A DNA stretch of 64,000 nt, taken from Patescibacteria group bacterium (lineage in GTDB: Bacteria; Patescibacteriota; Microgenomatia; UBA8517). Both the position numbers and the translations under genes were made by a program. The DNA is taken from assembly GCA_041742135.1 (NCBI GenBank), contig JBGSJG010000008.1, positions 32,518-96,517 of the forward strand, in the 5' to 3' direction. Each line of letters starts with the position of its first letter. Positions within the stretch are counted from its first letter, which is position 1. Below, piece after piece: positions 1 to 9,899 of this stretch. The notes below the pieces were generated by a model. The model was not told where the DNA came from. It did not search any database and saw nothing but the letters and a program-made list of their open reading frames with translations.

Positions 1-1
1 G

Positions 2-541
2 GCAGCTTCGGATCACTTGGTTCGTGCATATCATCACACTTACGGCCTTCCCATAACTATTACAAATTGCTCGAATAATTTTGGGTCGTTTCAAGATCCA
101 GAAAAGTTTTTGCCGAGGTTTATTACGAATTTGATCGACGGAAAGAAGATCCCAGTGTATGGTAAGGGTGAAAATATTCGTGATTGGCTGCATGTGGAGG
201 ATCATGTTCGTGCAATCGAAATGGTCATAAATAGGGGGAAATTGGGTCAAACGTATCTGGTCGGAGGGCAGACTGAGAACGTCACAAATCTAGCAATTGC
301 AAAAAAGCTTGTAAAAATATTTGGATTATCAGAAGACATGATTGAATATGTAGCTGACAGGCCGGGGCATGATTTGCGCTACTCGGTCGATTGGAGCAAA
401 ATCAATCACGAATTGGGATGGGAACCACAATATGATTTTGAGACATGGTTGACCAACACGGTTGAATGGTATAAAATTAACGAGTGGTGGTGGAGACCGC
501 TAAAGGCCGAGGCAGAGAAATTGTATGAAGATAGTAAGTGA
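2..541 (+). CDS. rfbB: dTDP-glucose 4,6-dehydratase (5' truncated by window edge)
   Basis: Frame is open from base 2 (AASDHLVRAY...). Motifs TNCSNNFG, PEKFLP, YGKGENIRDWLHVEDH and DRPGHDLRY are typical of the RmlB/RfbB C-terminal half. Confidence 0.93.
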   Translation, partial: AASDHLVRAYHHTYGLPITITNCSNNFGSFQDPEKFLPRFITNLIDGKKIPVYGKGENIRDWLHVEDHVRAIEMVINRGKLGQTYLVGGQTENVTNLAIAKKLVKIFGLSEDMIEYVADRPGHDLRYSVDWSKINHELGWEPQYDFETWLTNTVEWYKINEWWWRPLKAEAEKLYEDSK

Positions 542-1028
542 TGACCGAAGTGATTTTTTAGATGTTAAAAGCAACGAAGCTTTTCTGCTTAGCGTTAAAG
601 CTCTAATTCTTAACGGCGATCGGATTTTAATTCTTAAATATCCCAAACGTGGTGAGACAAGGTGGAATGGTTCATGGAATGCAAGATGGGGATTGCCTGG
701 CGGACTGGTTGAAATGGATGAGGCCCCTGATGCCGGGCTGAAGCGGGAAATTAAAGAAGAAACTGGCCTTCAAGTTGAATTAGGGAGTGTTTTTGGCGTT
801 GGCGAAATGAAGTTGAAAAGGTTTATTTTTCGTGACGGAAGAGAATCTAAGGTTAGAATTATCGAGCTGGGATATAAGTGTTCGTATGTTAGCGGTGAAG
901 CGGTTATAAGTTCTGAGCATTCTGAATTCAAGTGGGTGACTGTTGCTGAGTTAAAAAAACTCAAATTTACTCCTGACTCAAAAGATTTGATACAATCATA
1001 TATAAGTGAAAACAACAAAAAAAGATAA
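525..1028 (+). CDS. Nudix hydrolase
   Basis: Intact Nudix box GLVEMDEAPDAGLKREIKEETGL, plus SSEHSEFKWV. Confidence 0.88.
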   Translation: MKIVSDDRSDFLDVKSNEAFLLSVKALILNGDRILILKYPKRGETRWNGSWNARWGLPGGLVEMDEAPDAGLKREIKEETGLQVELGSVFGVGEMKLKRFIFRDGRESKVRIIELGYKCSYVSGEAVISSEHSEFKWVTVAELKKLKFTPDSKDLIQSYISENNKKR

Positions 1029-1938
1029 CATTTTAGTTTTTGGAAGAGGGCAAATGTCAGGGTTTATCCCTCAATATTTTGACAATGTAGTGATTTCTGA
1101 GGCTGATATCACAAAGCCCGACGAGATTGCCCGAGACTTTGAGAAATTTAAACCAACTGTTGTAATTAATACCGCCGCAAAAACTAATATTGACTGGTGC
1201 GAGCTAAATCGGGCTGAAGCTTTTAATGTTAATTCTCTAGGGGCTCAGAATATCTGGGAAGCGTGCAAGAAAAACAATGCTTACATGTGTCATTTTTCTA
1301 GCGGGTGCATTTTTCACAGCAATTTTCACGATCAGATATACACTGAAACGGACGCCCCGAACCCTAGATGCTATTATAGTTGGACGAAAGTTTGGGCAGA
1401 AAATTTACTCGGAAAATCCGAGAAGCTCCTGGTACTTCGTCCCCGAGTTGTGATTTCATCCGAAATAAGCAGAAGAAACACCCTAGCCAAGTGGATGGTC
1501 TATTCGCATTTCATAAGTGATCAAAATTCGGTTTCAATAATTGAAGACATGTTGCCTGTAGTCTCGAAGCTTGTGCAAAAACGAATCTCTGGTACTTTCA
1601 ACATTGTGAACCAAGGTACAATATCTCCTTTGCAAGTTGCACATCTACTTAAAAAGATTGTCAATCCAAAATTAGTTATAAGCGAAACAACACTAGACGA
1701 AGTGAATAAAAATTTAGTAGCCAAAAGATGCAGTACACTTCTTAATACCGATGCCCTAAGGACTTTGGGATATGAATTACCCCATGTCGATAAAAGCATA
1801 TTAAAAGTAATCGAAAGTTTTGCTAAGAATTTAGAGAAGGCCGGAGGGTTATCGGCACTTTCAGAAATGCGAAACGAAGCGTTGGCCAAGTATTCAGTTC
1901 TTCAAAACAAGGCCTCTACTTTTTCCTCTGTAAATTAG
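1006..1938 (+). CDS. RmlD-like SDR, resembling NRS/ER-type NDP-4-keto-6-deoxyglucose 3,5-epimerase/4-reductase
   Basis: GRGQMS Rossmann start, AAKTNIDWCE, SSGCIF, catalytic YSWTK, LRPRVVIS, GTFNIVNQG. Lies downstream of rfbB. GTG start. Confidence 0.75.
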   Translation: MKTTKKDNILVFGRGQMSGFIPQYFDNVVISEADITKPDEIARDFEKFKPTVVINTAAKTNIDWCELNRAEAFNVNSLGAQNIWEACKKNNAYMCHFSSGCIFHSNFHDQIYTETDAPNPRCYYSWTKVWAENLLGKSEKLLVLRPRVVISSEISRRNTLAKWMVYSHFISDQNSVSIIEDMLPVVSKLVQKRISGTFNIVNQGTISPLQVAHLLKKIVNPKLVISETTLDEVNKNLVAKRCSTLLNTDALRTLGYELPHVDKSILKVIESFAKNLEKAGGLSALSEMRNEALAKYSVLQNKASTFSSVN

Positions 1939-1946
1939 TTTTGTAA

Positions 1947-1975
1947 TTGCAATCACCCTCGTCCTCTAGTACAAT
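1947..1975 (+). promoter_or_regulatory. sigma70-type promoter for the 2025 operon
   Basis: TTGCAA (1947-1952), 17 nt, TACAAT (1970-1975), in the intergenic gap. Confidence 0.6.
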
Positions 1976-2024
1976 ACTATGATCAATTTTTATAGACCTA
2001 TAGTTTACGGTATAGAAGATTTTT

Positions 2025-5000
2025 ATGGCAAAAAAAGCACCCGATTTGGACATTATAGTACCCGTTCTAAACGAAGAAAAATCAGTCGAAAAACTGATTA
2101 TAAGAGTTCATGATGCATTAAAATCTGCTCGTATTGAGTACAGATTGATCTTTGTTGATGATCACTCCTCTGATGCTACTGTAAAAAGGATTTTAGCTTT
2201 AAAGAAAAGTTACCCAATAGTTTTACTAACGAAAAAAGGGGCGCGTGGTAAGGCTTATAGTATTTTAGAAGGGGCGAGAGTCGCAAGCGCGAAAATCGTC
2301 GCGATGCTAGATGGAGATTTACAGTATCCTCCCGAGGCAATCCCCGAGATGTTTTCTCTTACAAAACAGCATGGGGTCGTAGTGGCAAACCGCAAAAAAA
2401 GAAGTACTTCAGCTTTAAGAAAGTTTGTTTCTAAGTTTGCTGCATTCGCGGTTGCAAAAGTGTTATTAGGCTTTAACTGTGATGCTCAGTCCGGTCTTAA
2501 GGTGTTTAAGCGAAAAGTAATCGAGAGTATTACTGAAGAAGACGTCAAGCCATGGGCTCTTGATATGCCACTTCTGCACTCAGCGCTTCAGATGGGTGAA
2601 AGCATCGGCACTGTGGATATTAACTTTAGCGCGCGAAAAAGTGGGCGATCTAAGGTTAATTTGTGGAAGACATCACTAGAAATTATTTTAGTAGCCTTGA
2701 AACTTCGTTTTGGTACATCAAAAGTTGCACACATATCTCCCGTGCGAGGGCACAAATATAAAGGTGCCGGCGTGATTCATAAATCGAAGACATATATTAC
2801 TCACACAAGGTTGCCTCACAGAAAATCTGCACTTTACACACTCGTGGCTTGGCAAAAGTGGTTTATACTCAGCGTATTCGCATTAGTGGGTATCGGACTT
2901 CTTTTGGATAGCTTGACCACGCTAGTGATTTTAATTGCTGGGCTGTCCTTAATATATTTTTCTGACGTGATTTTTAGCTCTTTTGTGCTACTCAAAAGCC
3001 TTCATTTCCCACCTGAGCTCAAATTTACCGACGAAGAATTAGGTGCAATCGACGAGAAGAAATTGCCTCTTTATACAGTTCTTTGCCCACTTTACAAAGA
3101 AAGCTCGGTTCTGCCGAAATTCGTCGAATCTGTTTCAAACCTGGACTGGCCCAAAAACAAGCTTGAAGTATTAATTCTCTTAGAAGAGGATGACGCAGAG
3201 ACACTCGAAGTGGCTAAAAGCCTTAAATTGGCAAAGTACTTTAAGGTAATAGTTGTTCCTGATTCCCAACCTAGAACAAAGCCTAAGGCTTGTAATTTCG
3301 GATTAAGCGAAGCGCGAGGAGAATTTACTGTTGTATACGATGCAGAAGACCGACCTGAGCCCAGCCAACTTAAAAAAGCGTACTTGGGGTTTCTTAAAAG
3401 TAGTAACAACGTAATATGCCTGCAATCTAAGCTCAATTATTATAATCCTGAAGGAAATTTGCTCACCAGGCTATTTACTGCAGAGTATTCGCTTTGGTTT
3501 GACGTTGTATTGCCAGGTCTTCAGTCGATCGACTCAAGTATCCCACTGGGGGGCACGAGCAATCATTTTAGAACTCAAGCACTAGCTGATCTTCACGGAT
3601 GGGACCCATTCAATGTGACAGAAGATTGTGATTTGGGAGTGAGAATTTTTAAGTCAGGTTTCAAAACTGCGATTATTGACTCCATAACTCTCGAAGAAGC
3701 TAATAGCTCAGTCAAAAATTGGATAAGACAGAGATCGAGGTGGATCAAGGGTTACATTCAAACTTACTTAGTCCACATGCGTGACCCCATTGCTTTTTTC
3801 AAGGCTCACGGCATCCATGCGCTAATTTTTCAGCTCATCATCGGGATGCGCATAAGCTTTTTGTTTATTAATCCGTTCTTGTGGTTAATGACGTTTTTAT
3901 ATTTCGCGTTTCGAAGTACTGTTGGCCCAACTATTGAAGCTCTTTACCCACCTGTAATTTTCTATATCGCCTCGTTTTCATTGGTCGTGGGTAACTTTAT
4001 GTACATCTATAACTATATGATTGGTTGCGCCAAAAGAGGCCAGTATGGGTTGATTAAGTATGTACTATTCATTCCTCTGTATTGGTTATTGGCTAGTCGC
4101 GCTGCTCTTAAGGCGATTCATCAACTTGTAGTTAAGCCTCATTTTTGGGAAAAAACTCACCACGGTCTTGATCAGGCAAAGATTGCTGTGCCAACGTTTG
4201 CGTTTCCAAAGGTTTCGGTCGTGGCATCAGGCTTAAGTCTAGTACTGGCCGCGTCTGTGGCAAACCTCTTAAATTTCATTACAAGTGCTTATCTTGGCCG
4301 CGTGCTCACTCCGGACGAATTTGGGCTAGTAGCGCTTATGAGCAGCCTCTTGTTTATTGTTCAGCTTGGCTACGGCGGGATTTTCCAAACCATGTCCCAC
4401 CAAACGGCCTATCTTTCAGGAAAGCACAAAAAACTGATCGGCAACCTCTGGACTAAAGTTCGCCCCAAAGTATTTTTTGCTTCAATCGTCTTCTTTTTGC
4501 TGTGGTTAATGCTAATTCCAGTCATGCCTAACTTCTTTAACTCAGCAACATTCGTACCATTTATTGTCTTCTCGCCAATATGGGTTGTGTTGTTTTTGAA
4601 CTCAGTCGACTCTGGGTTTATTCAAGGGAGTGGGAAATACCATTACCTTGCGGTTATATTTTCGCTCGAAGCATTTTCCAAGCTAGCATTGTCATTTTTA
4701 CTTGTTAACTCAGATCTTCGGGAATGGGTTTATGCTGCCTTGCCGCTTTCGACGTTTGTTAATTTAGCAATCGGCTGGAAGCTGGCCGGGCGTGTCTCGA
4801 AAAACAACCAACTTACAAAACCTCAGGAAGTTAAAACATCCAAAGATCTTACGCTTTCGAGGAAATTTTTAGCTAATTCGCTATTGTCTCAATTTGCCGT
4901 GATTTCTTTTCTTAGTTTGGATCTTTTGTTTGTGAAACATTTTATGTCTGCTCGGGATGCGGGTGTTTACGCATTATTGGCTCTTTCTGGCCGGATGGTT

Positions 5001-6668
5001 TATTTGGCAAGTAGTTTACTGGCACAATTTATACTGCCGATAATTAGCCGCCAGAGTGGTGAGGGCGAATTGCACAAGAACGCATTCAAGTGGTCAATGT
5101 TAGCTGTTGCCGCGCCTGCCTTGTTTGTGTTTTTAATTGTAGGACCGCTTGGTGCATTTACTTTGCCTCTGATGTTTGGGGAGCGTGCGCGAGAGATAAC
5201 TAGCCTCTCAACTACCTTCGCATTTTCAATGGTACTTTTTTCTTTGGCCGCCGGGATAGTTACATTTCACCAAGCTCGCAGACAATACGTTTTTGTGTTG
5301 GCAGGGGTAATCACTGCGGCAACTCAGGCCACACTTTTGCTGTTTTTCCATAGCAACTTGGGGCAAGTAGTTAATTCCATGTTGGCAAGTTCGATAACGT
5401 TTGTATTGCTGTCATCAATTTTTCACTTAAATTCCACAAGGATGGTAATTTTAGGTTCAAATTTTCGAGACATGTGGGATTTGCTTTGGATGAAATTTAA
5501 CGGAAAAACGCCGATTGAAGGCAAGCTTAGAATCTTAATATTAAACTGGCGAGACACAAAGCATGTATGGGCCGGAGGTGCGGAAGTTTATGTTCACGAG
5601 CTTGCCCGAAGATGGGTCAAAGAGGGACATAAAGTTACACTATTTTGTGGAAACGACGGCAAGAGCAAGCGTAATGAAGAAGTCGGTGGAGTGAGAGTTG
5701 TACGCCGGGGAGGATTTTACACAGTTTATCTTTGGGCTTTTTTCTATTATATATTTCGTTTCCGTGGCAGATATGATGTTGTTGTCGATAGCGAAAACGG
5801 TGTGCCGTTTTTTACACCACTTTACTCAAGAGTTCCAAAGATCCTTATCATCTATCATGTACACCAAGATATTTTTCAAAAACACCTGTCTTTTCCACTT
5901 TCAGTTGTGGCGCGATTTCTTGAAGGAAAATTTGTGCCTCTAGTTTATAAAAATGTTCAAATTGTTACCATTTCAAATTCATCCAAAAAAGGCTTGGTAA
6001 AGTTGGGAGTAGGAAATAGTAAAGAGATGTATGTGGTTAATCCCGGAGTTGATTTGAAACTCTTAAAGCCAGGACCCAAAGCGGCCAGCCCTACAATTTC
6101 CTATCTGGGTCGGCTTAAACCATATAAGTCGGTTGATACATTAATTAAAGCCGCGGCACTTCTTGTTAAGGATTTGCCTAGTTTGAAAGTAAAAATTGCT
6201 GGATTTGGAGAAAGTAGATTATCTTTGGAAAAATTGGTTGCAAAGCTTGGGTTGTCTAGTAACATTGAGTTTTTGGGTAAAATTTCTGAAAATCAGAAAG
6301 CGAAACTTTTAGCTCAGTCTTGGGTTTTTGTGCAACCATCTACCATGGAAGGTTGGGGAATTTCGGTGATTGAAGCAAACGCTTGTGGAACTCCCGTCGT
6401 GGCTTCCCGCGTACCCGGGCTTCTTGACTCGGTTAAAAATCCATCTACTGGGTACGTAGTTCAAGCAGGCAACGAGAAGGCTTTTGCCGAGAAAATTAAA
6501 AAAATTCTGACTGACGAGCAACTGAGAAATGAATTTTCGAAAAATTCAATAGAGTGGGCTCAAAGTTTTGACTGGAACGAGAAAGCTTCAGAATTTATGT
6601 TAGTGATTAATAAAACTGTCGCTCGCGCTAACGGCTCAGAATCATACAGTATCGCTGAAACTAATTAA
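2025..6668 (+). CDS. Four-domain fusion: DPM-like GT2 + CESA-like processive GT2 + Wzx-like flippase + GT4
   Basis: N-terminal IIVPVLNE/VDDHSSD/DGDLQYPP. Second GT2 with PLYKE, TKPKACN, YDAED, TED, QRSRW, WEKTHHG. Then a long multi-TM block starting ANLLNF...LGRVLTPDEFG, and a C-terminal GT4 with GRLKPYK and EGWGISVIE. Confidence 0.85.
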   Translation: MAKKAPDLDIIVPVLNEEKSVEKLIIRVHDALKSARIEYRLIFVDDHSSDATVKRILALKKSYPIVLLTKKGARGKAYSILEGARVASAKIVAMLDGDLQYPPEAIPEMFSLTKQHGVVVANRKKRSTSALRKFVSKFAAFAVAKVLLGFNCDAQSGLKVFKRKVIESITEEDVKPWALDMPLLHSALQMGESIGTVDINFSARKSGRSKVNLWKTSLEIILVALKLRFGTSKVAHISPVRGHKYKGAGVIHKSKTYITHTRLPHRKSALYTLVAWQKWFILSVFALVGIGLLLDSLTTLVILIAGLSLIYFSDVIFSSFVLLKSLHFPPELKFTDEELGAIDEKKLPLYTVLCPLYKESSVLPKFVESVSNLDWPKNKLEVLILLEEDDAETLEVAKSLKLAKYFKVIVVPDSQPRTKPKACNFGLSEARGEFTVVYDAEDRPEPSQLKKAYLGFLKSSNNVICLQSKLNYYNPEGNLLTRLFTAEYSLWFDVVLPGLQSIDSSIPLGGTSNHFRTQALADLHGWDPFNVTEDCDLGVRIFKSGFKTAIIDSITLEEANSSVKNWIRQRSRWIKGYIQTYLVHMRDPIAFFKAHGIHALIFQLIIGMRISFLFINPFLWLMTFLYFAFRSTVGPTIEALYPPVIFYIASFSLVVGNFMYIYNYMIGCAKRGQYGLIKYVLFIPLYWLLASRAALKAIHQLVVKPHFWEKTHHGLDQAKIAVPTFAFPKVSVVASGLSLVLAASVANLLNFITSAYLGRVLTPDEFGLVALMSSLLFIVQLGYGGIFQTMSHQTAYLSGKHKKLIGNLWTKVRPKVFFASIVFFLLWLMLIPVMPNFFNSATFVPFIVFSPIWVVLFLNSVDSGFIQGSGKYHYLAVIFSLEAFSKLALSFLLVNSDLREWVYAALPLSTFVNLAIGWKLAGRVSKNNQLTKPQEVKTSKDLTLSRKFLANSLLSQFAVISFLSLDLLFVKHFMSARDAGVYALLALSGRMVYLASSLLAQFILPIISRQSGEGELHKNAFKWSMLAVAAPALFVFLIVGPLGAFTLPLMFGERAREITSLSTTFAFSMVLFSLAAGIVTFHQARRQYVFVLAGVITAATQATLLLFFHSNLGQVVNSMLASSITFVLLSSIFHLNSTRMVILGSNFRDMWDLLWMKFNGKTPIEGKLRILILNWRDTKHVWAGGAEVYVHELARRWVKEGHKVTLFCGNDGKSKRNEEVGGVRVVRRGGFYTVYLWAFFYYIFRFRGRYDVVVDSENGVPFFTPLYSRVPKILIIYHVHQDIFQKHLSFPLSVVARFLEGKFVPLVYKNVQIVTISNSSKKGLVKLGVGNSKEMYVVNPGVDLKLLKPGPKAASPTISYLGRLKPYKSVDTLIKAAALLVKDLPSLKVKIAGFGESRLSLEKLVAKLGLSSNIEFLGKISENQKAKLLAQSWVFVQPSTMEGWGISVIEANACGTPVVASRVPGLLDSVKNPSTGYVVQAGNEKAFAEKIKKILTDEQLRNEFSKNSIEWAQSFDWNEKASEFMLVINKTVARANGSESYSIAETN

Positions 6669-6669
6669 C

Positions 6670-7593
6670 ATGCCCAAAACAAACAAACCAAAAATTACTG
6701 TGGGGATAACTACGTGTTATGGGAAAAGGCAGCTTCTATCTGCGGTTCGTTCTGTTAAAGAATCGGTTGGTGTAGACAATTTTGAAATTATTGTTATTGC
6801 GGACTCCGTGCCATTGACACCATTTGTTAAACAGGGTCTAAAAAAAATGGGGGTAATAATTCGCGAAAACAAGATACCTTCAAGTGCTTTTGCCAAACAA
6901 AAACAGATTTTAAAACTATGTAAAGGAGAAATCATAGTTTTAACTCAGGATGATATGTTATTCGAAAAAGGTGCTTTAAGAGAAATCGCATCAGCGCTAA
7001 GTGTTGACGACGGCGTTACCTTTGTTGGTATCCGGAATGAACCAGTTAGTCCAAAAACACTAGTCGAAAGGGGAATAAATGTTGGCACAAGGCTAAACAA
7101 TTCAATTGGAAAGCTACGGCGAGATGGCGATAACTATCTAGCAATGCTCGGGCGGGTTATGGCCTTTAAAGTAAGCTGGCTTAAAAAACTCAATGTTCAC
7201 TCTGAATCGGTTTCCTTGGATGCATATTTATACCTTGAAAACAAAAAACATGGAGGAAAGTATCGATGTTTGTGGAACACCTGTCTTTGGTTTCGAAACC
7301 CCACGAACATTGATGAGCATATTAGAAAAAGCAGCCGATTTCAAAACTCAAAACATGAAATGCTGTCTTACGGAAAGTTTGCCAACCTTGAAGTCGAATA
7401 TAAAATACCTTTCTGGGTTATTTTAATTGCTGCTACCAAGGAGCTAATGCGCGATCCTATCGGTTTTGTAATTTATGTATATATTTTTGTCTATACGAGA
7501 GTTTATAAGCAAAAACCAGCAGCGTGTCTGACTGCATTGTGGGAAGTGGATCGATCAACCAAGGATATTAGGATGGCCGGAGGTGCAAGATGA
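6670..7593 (+). CDS. GT2 glycosyltransferase (short CESA-like)
   Basis: ITVGITTC, IIVIADS, DxD-like TQDD, degenerate QxxRW (RKSSRF), C-terminal hydrophobic segment. Confidence 0.7.
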   Translation: MPKTNKPKITVGITTCYGKRQLLSAVRSVKESVGVDNFEIIVIADSVPLTPFVKQGLKKMGVIIRENKIPSSAFAKQKQILKLCKGEIIVLTQDDMLFEKGALREIASALSVDDGVTFVGIRNEPVSPKTLVERGINVGTRLNNSIGKLRRDGDNYLAMLGRVMAFKVSWLKKLNVHSESVSLDAYLYLENKKHGGKYRCLWNTCLWFRNPTNIDEHIRKSSRFQNSKHEMLSYGKFANLEVEYKIPFWVILIAATKELMRDPIGFVIYVYIFVYTRVYKQKPAACLTALWEVDRSTKDIRMAGGAR

Positions 7594-9008
7594 AAAAATT
7601 ATTTTCCAAGTATGATTTTTTACCATTTACTTTTTTGGCGGCCGTGTTGGTCTTTTTCCGATTGGGGTTTCATAGTTTCGAGCTAGATGAGGCTTTTAGT
7701 TTGTACATATCAAAAGATTTAGGGCAAATGTTTAAGATTCTTTGGAATAACGAATCAAACATGGGGCTCTATTATTTCTTACTTTATTTCTGGCAATTTT
7801 TAGGAACCAGCGAATTTGCCGTTCGAAGCCTTTCTGCGATATGTGCCATTCTTTCAGTTCCACTCGTTTATAAAATCGCCTCACTTATGTTTGACAGATC
7901 AACCGCTCGAATATCTAGCTTGCTGTTGGCTATTAATATTTATTTTATTTATGTAGGCCAGTTGGCCAGAGGATACTCGCTTTTACTCTTGTTGTCTTTA
8001 GTGTCTACGTATTCATATTTACACTTGAAAAAATACTCTAAAGCTAGGTATGTATATGTTGTATCGCTGATTGCTTCGGTTTTTACACATTATTATGCTA
8101 TCTTGCTATTTATTTCTCATGCTTTGGATGCGTTTACTCGAAAGTTTGCAGGGTCTTTTATTAAAATTGTTTGGCCGGTATTAATCGTTTTGCCTGTGAT
8201 CTTTATAGCTCCTTCATTTTCTAGCGGGCAAATTGACTGGATCGCTGCGCCGACAGTTAAGAATCTAATAGGCACAATATTTGTGCTAGCCGGCGATTTT
8301 CCTCCACTGTTTATAGTTTACGGACTAATTTTTGCTATGAGTTTGCCATTCTTGGTGAGCCGAATTAGGAATGAAAAAATGCAGTTTACATTAATTTGGT
8401 TGACTGGCCCAGTTGTTTTTGCCTTCATTTTTTCAATTTTTGTAAAGCCGATTTTCCAGTCGGTATACTTCATAGTTTGCCTTCCACCATTTTTAATTCT
8501 ATCAGCGCACTTAATCGATCAAATAAAAGTTAAGAAAATTAAGGAGACAATGCTTGCAGCAATTATCATTTTATCTATTGCCAGACTTTATTTGTGGTAT
8601 AGCGGAAATGCACAACACCAATGGATTTTAAGTAACACTTCTGAAGACTGGAGAGCACTGGCTCATTATGTCGATCTCCAGGAAGAGACGGGCGATTCAA
8701 AAATATTTTTTGGATACTACAACAGGCTGCCATACGGACTCTATGCGAAAGATAATGCGAAGTTTGTCGAAATTTCATCTGGACTATATTCACTGGGAGG
8801 CGGATCGAGTTTGCCCTACGCAAATTTGAATTTGATTGCTAGTTTCAATCACTCTCGTGTGTGGGTGATTAAGCGAAAAGCCGACTTAGGTAATTTCAAC
8901 GATCGAGAAATTTTAGACCAAATACATGTGACTTTGATACCAAATTATAATTTGGAAGAGGAGACAAAATTTCCAGAAGTATCTGTTGAACTGTGGAGCA
9001 AAATATGA
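7590..9008 (+). CDS. GT-C fold membrane glycosyltransferase (PMT/ArnT-like)
   Basis: LDEAFS acidic motif after TM1, AVRSLSA, ARGYS, THYY, about 10 TM segments, soluble C-terminal domain. Confidence 0.8.
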   Translation: MKKLFSKYDFLPFTFLAAVLVFFRLGFHSFELDEAFSLYISKDLGQMFKILWNNESNMGLYYFLLYFWQFLGTSEFAVRSLSAICAILSVPLVYKIASLMFDRSTARISSLLLAINIYFIYVGQLARGYSLLLLLSLVSTYSYLHLKKYSKARYVYVVSLIASVFTHYYAILLFISHALDAFTRKFAGSFIKIVWPVLIVLPVIFIAPSFSSGQIDWIAAPTVKNLIGTIFVLAGDFPPLFIVYGLIFAMSLPFLVSRIRNEKMQFTLIWLTGPVVFAFIFSIFVKPIFQSVYFIVCLPPFLILSAHLIDQIKVKKIKETMLAAIIILSIARLYLWYSGNAQHQWILSNTSEDWRALAHYVDLQEETGDSKIFFGYYNRLPYGLYAKDNAKFVEISSGLYSLGGGSSLPYANLNLIASFNHSRVWVIKRKADLGNFNDREILDQIHVTLIPNYNLEEETKFPEVSVELWSKI

Positions 9009-9898
9009 AAAATAAGCCATCGTTAACTGTCGCAATTCCAGCATACAACGAGGAAAAAAATATCGTGCGTTTACTTAGCGCTTTAGTGAATCAAACTGCT
9101 AAAAATTACAAATTAGACAGCATTTCTGTTTACTCGGATGGTAGTAGTGACAATACGGTTGCTTTAGTCAAAACGAACTTCCCAAACGTATTTGTATATA
9201 ATTTTCGCAAGAACTTGGGAAAAAATAGGCGTGTCAACCAAATGATGAAAAACAATAAAAGCGACATTCTGGTCCAGGTGGATGCTGATATCGAAATTTT
9301 AGACAACCGCGTTCTTGATCGTTTGGTTTGTGCGTTTGATGATAATCCAAGGATTGGTTTGGTTTGCGCGTACCATAAAGCTTTGGAACCACGAACACTA
9401 TTTGGCCGGCTTTCGTACTTTGGGTTTTTGGTATGGGACGAGGCACGAAGTAGGCTTGGGGAAAAAGGCATTCGCTATTATTGCGAGGGCGGCATGCGAG
9501 CATTTTCGCGAAGCTTTACAAAAGTGTTTCGTCTTCCTTTGGATCGCCATGTTGGTGAAGATAGTTACAGTTTCTATTTCGCTGTTGCCAACGGATTTGT
9601 GGTAGTTGCTGCTGAAAAAGCAGTTGTTTATATAAAACTTGCCGACAATGTACACGACTACGTACACCAGATGAAGCGGTTTTTAAAAGACCCGCAAATG
9701 GTTCGGGAGACTTTTGACAAGAATCTTGAAGCCAAGTACGAGATTATGTCTTCCGGTATAAAATTCAAAGCTCTGCTAAATCAATTAGCGAAAGATCCGA
9801 TTTCGGGAGTAGGATATTTCATTTTGCAATCTGCTACAAAATTAATGGCAATCAACTATAGTCCCGAAAAGAAATGGCAACCAATTGAAAGAAAATAA
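9005..9898 (+). CDS. GT2 glycosyltransferase (short CESA-like)
   Basis: AIPAYNEE, DGSSD, VDAD, GED, QMKRF. Start moved to ATG 9005 (ATGA overlap with the upstream stop). Confidence 0.8.
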   Translation: MKNKPSLTVAIPAYNEEKNIVRLLSALVNQTAKNYKLDSISVYSDGSSDNTVALVKTNFPNVFVYNFRKNLGKNRRVNQMMKNNKSDILVQVDADIEILDNRVLDRLVCAFDDNPRIGLVCAYHKALEPRTLFGRLSYFGFLVWDEARSRLGEKGIRYYCEGGMRAFSRSFTKVFRLPLDRHVGEDSYSFYFAVANGFVVVAAEKAVVYIKLADNVHDYVHQMKRFLKDPQMVRETFDKNLEAKYEIMSSGIKFKALLNQLAKDPISGVGYFILQSATKLMAINYSPEKKWQPIERK

Positions 9899-9899
9899 A

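Noticed and set aside
1979-2113. Small out-of-frame ORF starting 3 nt after the -10 box and overlapping the 2025 gene start
   Set aside because: The ATG is probably upstream of the transcription start, and there is no other support.
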